Shown one piece after another: positions 28,375 through 32,000 of a stretch of DNA of 32,000 nt. A model generated the notes under the pieces. The model was not told where the DNA came from, made no database searches, and saw only the letters and a program-made list of their open reading frames with translations. Source of the DNA: Polynucleobacter sp. HIN11. GTDB lineage: Bacteria > Pseudomonadota > Gammaproteobacteria > Burkholderiales > Burkholderiaceae. The position numbers and the translations under genes were made by a program. The stretch is taken from positions 1,764,735 through 1,796,734 of the forward strand of contig NZ_AP028142.1 in assembly GCF_030297675.1 (NCBI RefSeq), written 5' to 3'. Within the stretch, counting starts at the first letter, position 1; every line of letters begins with the position of its first letter.

Positions 28375-31008
28375 CTACAAACCAATGGTGTATGTGGCTA
28401 GAACTGTAGTGGTGGATACGGCTTGGAATGGCTCTTGGCGATAGATACCAGTCACACCAATACGCTGATTCTTGAGAATGTCGTAATAACCACCAACAGT
28501 CGCAGTGGGTCTTGTTTTGACCGGATTAGGATTGAAGTTCACTGGGGTTAAGCCAGTGACACCAGTAGCGGAGTAAGAACCATTTGAAGTATTGGTATCG
28601 GTCTCTACACCGGCACTCGCAAAGAGAGTGGTCTTTGGAATGCCACGGTATCTTGCTTCTGCTCCTGCCAAGGCAGTGGTGGCATTGGTGTTCAGGGCTG
28701 AGTAAGTAAGGGGTGCTGTTACAGCGGAACTGGTTGCTTCGGTATAACCACCCATATTGTTCTGTGTGTAGCGCACTCCAGCGTATGGGGATACAACCAC
28801 ATCAGGCATCACAGCAAAGCCATATTTTGCGACCACTTGGGCACCCTGACTAATGAGTTGGGAGCCACCGCTACCGGCTTCACTTAAGCCTACGATTTGT
28901 CGGGTGATCGTGGTGTCTTTTTGTCCATAGGCCGCTGAGACTTTGACTTCGGCACCCACGCCATCTGAGCGCTGGCTCCATACCCCAAAGAGTCCCATCA
29001 TGGGGGTGCTGTTACCTAACTGAACCGTACCTGGACCACTCACGGATAAGTTCTGATCTACCCAAGCGCCGATCCGACTGTTGTTCTTGTTTAGGCGATA
29101 TGAGGCAATCAGTAAACCACTAGTGTTGTTAATGCCTTGGGCTTGAACGGTAGTATTGCGACCGCCCGCACTCACGCAAATACCACGCTTATCAAAAAGG
29201 GAGCAATCATAGGTAAAGCCATTGACCATCACCGAGTTTTGTAGGGTGAAGGTTCCCTGGAGAACAGAGGCGGTGTTAACGAGAGATTGTTGGGTTCCCA
29301 TGAGGGAGGCGCCCGTGAATACCAGATCAATTGCACTACCATTTTCAACTAATGACCAGGTCATATTGTCATAGGTTCCAGATCTGGTCCCACTAGGTAG
29401 AGCTGTTCCGCTTAGAACGCTGGAATAGGTTCGTGAAGTAATAAATGGGGTACCATAGATACCGAAGTTGGTGATGGTGCCAACAGGGCTAGTAACTGCC
29501 AATTGCCCATAATAGCTAGAGCTATTAATGATGATGTTGTAGTTGGTGGGCAACATCCCCGAGTAAGTCAAGGCTGGACTCGAAGCGCCGCCCTGTAAAT
29601 TATTTAGAGTGATGATTCCGACACTTCCACTAGAAATCGAAGAAACAGATATTCCACCACTGATGGAACCAGTATTCGTAAGCATTTCAATCCCGCTTTG
29701 CGGTGTACCGTAATATTGAACAGTATCAATAACGATTCCTCCAGTAACAGAACCTGTATTGATAAATGATTGAATGCCAGTACCCGAGCGAGAGCCTGTA
29801 ACCCCTACAAAACTAATCTGGACCCCTCCGTAAATCGATCCACTATTCCTAAGCGTGCCAATACCTGCTGATGATCCAGACATCACCCCAAGGATTTGAA
29901 TACCATTAGTAATTTGACCTGTGTTGTTAACGGTTTCAATGGCAACTCCTTCGCCAACCAAATACTGGAGATAAATGCTGCTCATACTGCCAGAGTTGTT
30001 GAGCGTTCCAATACTTGGTAGCGCGCCAGGCGTTGGCGCAGGCATCCATAAAACCACATCACCGCTAATCGTTCCTGAGTTGTTGAGGGTGTTAATTCTC
30101 CCAGAGCCTTTAGTAACAGCGTCGCAATCTGTCGCAAGGTCGGCGCAAGTAATAAAAATCCTTCTTGCGATCGTGCCGGTGTTCGTAAGTGTGTTGATCA
30201 GTCCCTGGTTGTAAATCTCATATCCATCATCGCCAGCAGAGATCGTGCCAGAGTTATTTAACGTACCAATAGTTCCGATGTTATAAATTCCACTTCCGTT
30301 GTCCCCAGCAGAGATTGAGCCTGAGTTAGTGAGCGTGGTGATAGTAGCGCTATTATTAATTCCGACTCCACCAGCCCCAGTAGAAATTGTGCCCGAGTTA
30401 TTCAGCGTAGTTATCAAACCATCGTTAGAGTTATCTATTGCATAGGGAAGGGTGGGGTTTGAACGACCAGCTGAAATTGTTCCAGTATTACTCAACAAAG
30501 AAATCACACCGCCTGCATTACCAATAGCAATCGCACCGTTACCCACTGAGATTGTTCCGCTATTAACAAAGTTGGCAATAGTGGTTGTACGAGGCTGATA
30601 TTCAAGATAGATGCCAACAGCACTTCCCCCAAACGAACCCCCTGAAGCAATGGAGCCTGAATTTGTTATGGAGTTTATGGTACTTCCTGACTGAATATAG
30701 ATACTTGATTGATTATTGCTTGACGAAATGGTTCCATTAATATTTAGGGATGTTGTTGAGCTATTAGTCGAGTTCAAAATTGCTTGGTTACCAGAGACCG
30801 TCGCTCCGGAATTAATTGTTACTACTCCGGCAGAATCTAAAACCAATTGCTCACAATCTACACTTATAGTAGCGTTTTCTCCGCCGGTAACCGAGGTGCA
30901 CGGAGCAGAATGTGCCGCATTTGAAAAAAGACAAAAGAATGAAATACCAATTTGAAAAGATACAAAAAATAACTTTTCAGATAATGCTGAAAATTTAGAT
31001 GGTGCCAT
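28375..31008 (-). CDS. Autotransporter (type Va) outer-membrane protein with a beta-helical repeat passenger
   Basis: 877 aa with an extended signal peptide (…FCLFSNAAHSA). At least 13 copies of an (L/F)xN(S/T)G(S/T)I(S/T)xG repeat occur about every 20-25 aa. The C-terminal ~280 aa have the alternating-strand pattern typical of an autotransporter barrel (GVWSQRSDGVGAEVKVSAAYG, SPYAGVRYTQ). Confidence 0.85.
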   Translation of the reverse strand: MAPSKFSALSEKLFFVSFQIGISFFCLFSNAAHSAPCTSVTGGENATISVDCEQLVLDSAGVVTINSGATVSGNQAILNSTNSSTTSLNINGTISSSNNQSSIYIQSGSTINSITNSGSIASGGSFGGSAVGIYLEYQPRTTTIANFVNSGTISVGNGAIAIGNAGGVISLLSNTGTISAGRSNPTLPYAIDNSNDGLITTLNNSGTISTGAGGVGINNSATITTLTNSGSISAGDNGSGIYNIGTIGTLNNSGTISAGDDGYEIYNQGLINTLTNTGTIARRIFITCADLATDCDAVTKGSGRINTLNNSGTISGDVVLWMPAPTPGALPSIGTLNNSGSMSSIYLQYLVGEGVAIETVNNTGQITNGIQILGVMSGSSAGIGTLRNSGSIYGGVQISFVGVTGSRSGTGIQSFINTGSVTGGIVIDTVQYYGTPQSGIEMLTNTGSISGGISVSSISSGSVGIITLNNLQGGASSPALTYSGMLPTNYNIIINSSSYYGQLAVTSPVGTITNFGIYGTPFITSRTYSSVLSGTALPSGTRSGTYDNMTWSLVENGSAIDLVFTGASLMGTQQSLVNTASVLQGTFTLQNSVMVNGFTYDCSLFDKRGICVSAGGRNTTVQAQGINNTSGLLIASYRLNKNNSRIGAWVDQNLSVSGPGTVQLGNSTPMMGLFGVWSQRSDGVGAEVKVSAAYGQKDTTITRQIVGLSEAGSGGSQLISQGAQVVAKYGFAVMPDVVVSPYAGVRYTQNNMGGYTEATSSAVTAPLTYSALNTNATTALAGAEARYRGIPKTTLFASAGVETDTNTSNGSYSATGVTGLTPVNFNPNPVKTRPTATVGGYYDILKNQRIGVTGIYRQEPFQAVSTTTVLATYTIGL

Positions 31009-31424
31009 ATACCCTTTTAATAAAAATGCTTCTAATACGTCGCAAACAGATAAGAAAATGATTTGGGCTTAAGAATAATTTATCCCGATGGTTAATGGTA
31101 TATTTTTTCTTAACTTTTTTTTGATAACGATTCGCCAATAAATCTATTAGGTAAAAGCTTTAGGAGTTTCATTAACAGCTCCTTTTCGATACACGATTTA
31201 CAAAAATCTAAGCAAAAATGTCTGGCTTTCCCTGCGCAACTAGCGCCCTAGATCTGGGGATTGGGTAACCCAAAAGCTGGTGGGTAGGCGTGGAAATCGT
31301 CTATCTTTTACTATGGCCGCTAATTTAGCCGTATAAGTATATGTCCTTTAAAAAACATTTTGTAGCACACCCGATTTTTACTATGCCTAGATCTTTGAAA
31401 TTGCGGTGGGATTTCCGTGAAAAC

Positions 31425-31465
31425 GGATCAGCAGTCCTCTGCTCTACCAACTGCGCCACCTGGCC
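31425..31465 (-). pseudogene. Degenerate tRNA 5'-half-like fragment (related to tRNA-Phe nt 1-41)
   Basis: 34 of 41 positions match 15430-15470 by my alignment, including an identical 17-mer (CAGTCCTCTGCTCTACC). Three of the mismatches fall in the anticodon loop. The adjacent sequence does not fold into a T arm or acceptor 3' strand. Confidence 0.5.
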
Positions 31466-31489
31466 AAGAATTAGAGGCTCTTGGGCAAG

Positions 31490-32000
31490 CTACTCTTGCT
31501 TTTTGGTGACATCAATACCAAGTGCTTTTAGCTTGCGATAGAGATGGGTTCGCTCAAGGCCAGTGAACTCTGAGATACGGGTCATGCTACCCCCCGTGAC
31601 CACCATTTGGTATTCAAAATAGGCCTTCTCAAAGAGATCGCGCGACTCACGAAGTGGCAGGGAGTAGTAGCTTTTTGCAATTCCGCTAATGTATTCATCC
31701 TGATTCGTAGTTTTAGGTAAATCAATTGATTTGGGCTGGGCTTGAGGTTCTAGTTCGTCTGGTTTTTTCAGGGGAGCGCGCTCAAGAGCCTTGCTGACTG
31801 TCTTTAAAAGCTTCTGGAGCGCGATGGGCTTTTCCAGAAAATTAAGGGCGCCAATACGTGTTGCTTCAACAGCCGTATCAATAGTTGCATGACCAGACAT
31901 CATGACCACTGGCATCGTTAGCAAATTATCTCGAGCCCACTCTTTTAATAAAGTGATGCCGTCAGTGTCTGGCATCCAAATATCGAGGAGTACCAAATCG
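31490..32000 (-). CDS. Response regulator with a C-terminal Fis-type HTH; 3' portion only (gene runs off the right edge)
   Basis: Receiver-domain residues (LLDIWMPDTDG, MMSGHATI) are followed by a linker and then MTRISEFTGLERTHLYRKLKALGI (HTH_8-like). No sigma-54 AAA+ module lies between them. Confidence 0.8.
   Translation of the reverse strand, partial: DLVLLDIWMPDTDGITLLKEWARDNLLTMPVVMMSGHATIDTAVEATRIGALNFLEKPIALQKLLKTVSKALERAPLKKPDELEPQAQPKSIDLPKTTNQDEYISGIAKSYYSLPLRESRDLFEKAYFEYQMVVTGGSMTRISEFTGLERTHLYRKLKALGIDVTKKQE

Larger units (their letters stand above)
28313..31465. mobile_element. Possible second, integrase-less island remnant in tandem (autotransporter cargo)
   Basis: Bounded on the left by direct repeat copy 2 and on the right by a degenerate tRNA 5'-half-like fragment. 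It holds a single large surface-protein gene plus an AT-rich upstream region. Confidence 0.4.

Noticed and set aside
28375-31008. A ~60-75-nt periodicity in the autotransporter gene, which could be mistaken for a CRISPR-like or tandem DNA repeat array.
   Set aside because: The periodicity is at the protein level (NxGxIS beta-helix rungs) with divergent nucleotide sequence. The region is one continuous 877-codon ORF, and there are no identical direct repeats with unique spacers.
31115-31122. A T8 homopolymer ~110 bp upstream of the autotransporter start, considered as a possible phase-variation tract.
   Set aside because: The run is only 8 nt in a very AT-rich region. I cannot place it in a promoter spacer, and there is no evidence of length variation from a single sequence.
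31244-31399. Two copies of CCTAGATCT, ~140 bp apart, upstream of the autotransporter.
   Set aside because: Exact 9-mer repeats are expected by chance many times in a 32-kb window, and there is no extended similarity around them.
31341-31541. A 66-aa + strand ORF spanning the tRNA-like fragment and the 3' end of the response-regulator gene.
   Set aside because: It overlaps a well-supported minus-strand CDS and the tRNA-derived fragment, and it has no SD. It is spurious.

Overview
Low-GC betaproteobacterial chromosome segment. Gene order and protein sequences look Burkholderiales-like and remind me of Polynucleobacter, but this is unverified. Positions 1-15.3 kb are ordinary core genome: the gatC 5' end, the mreB-mreC-mreD-mrdA-rodA cell-shape operon, hupB, a cytochrome c5, an LpxO-like hydroxylase, a pseudouridine synthase, a beta-carbonic anhydrase, and a run of small metabolic and membrane genes. 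A tRNA-Phe(GAA) at 15395-15470 (-) marks the start of accessory DNA. A 67-bp block (tRNA nucleotides 1-38 plus 29 bp of upstream flank, including a TATAAT box) recurs at 28246-28312 with one mismatch. The two copies bound a ~12.8-kb island with three parts. (i) A 15.5-20.8 kb module holds uncharacterised small genes, GC-rich hairpin-dense non-coding segments and a 188-aa catalytic-domain-only tyrosine recombinase, followed by a full-length tyrosine integrase at 20816-22030. (ii) An oxidative-stress and metal cargo carries a ZIP transporter, oxyR, katG and a CDGSH protein. (iii) An AT-rich orphan gene sits at the right end. Beyond the second repeat lies one 877-aa autotransporter gene. That segment ends at a third, degenerate tRNA-5'-half-like fragment (31425-31465) next to a response-regulator gene. 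I saw no CRISPR array, transposase or rRNA. The best candidate for something undescribed is the 15.5-20.8 kb module, but no enzymatic function can be assigned from sequence alone, so all functional ideas about it are inference.
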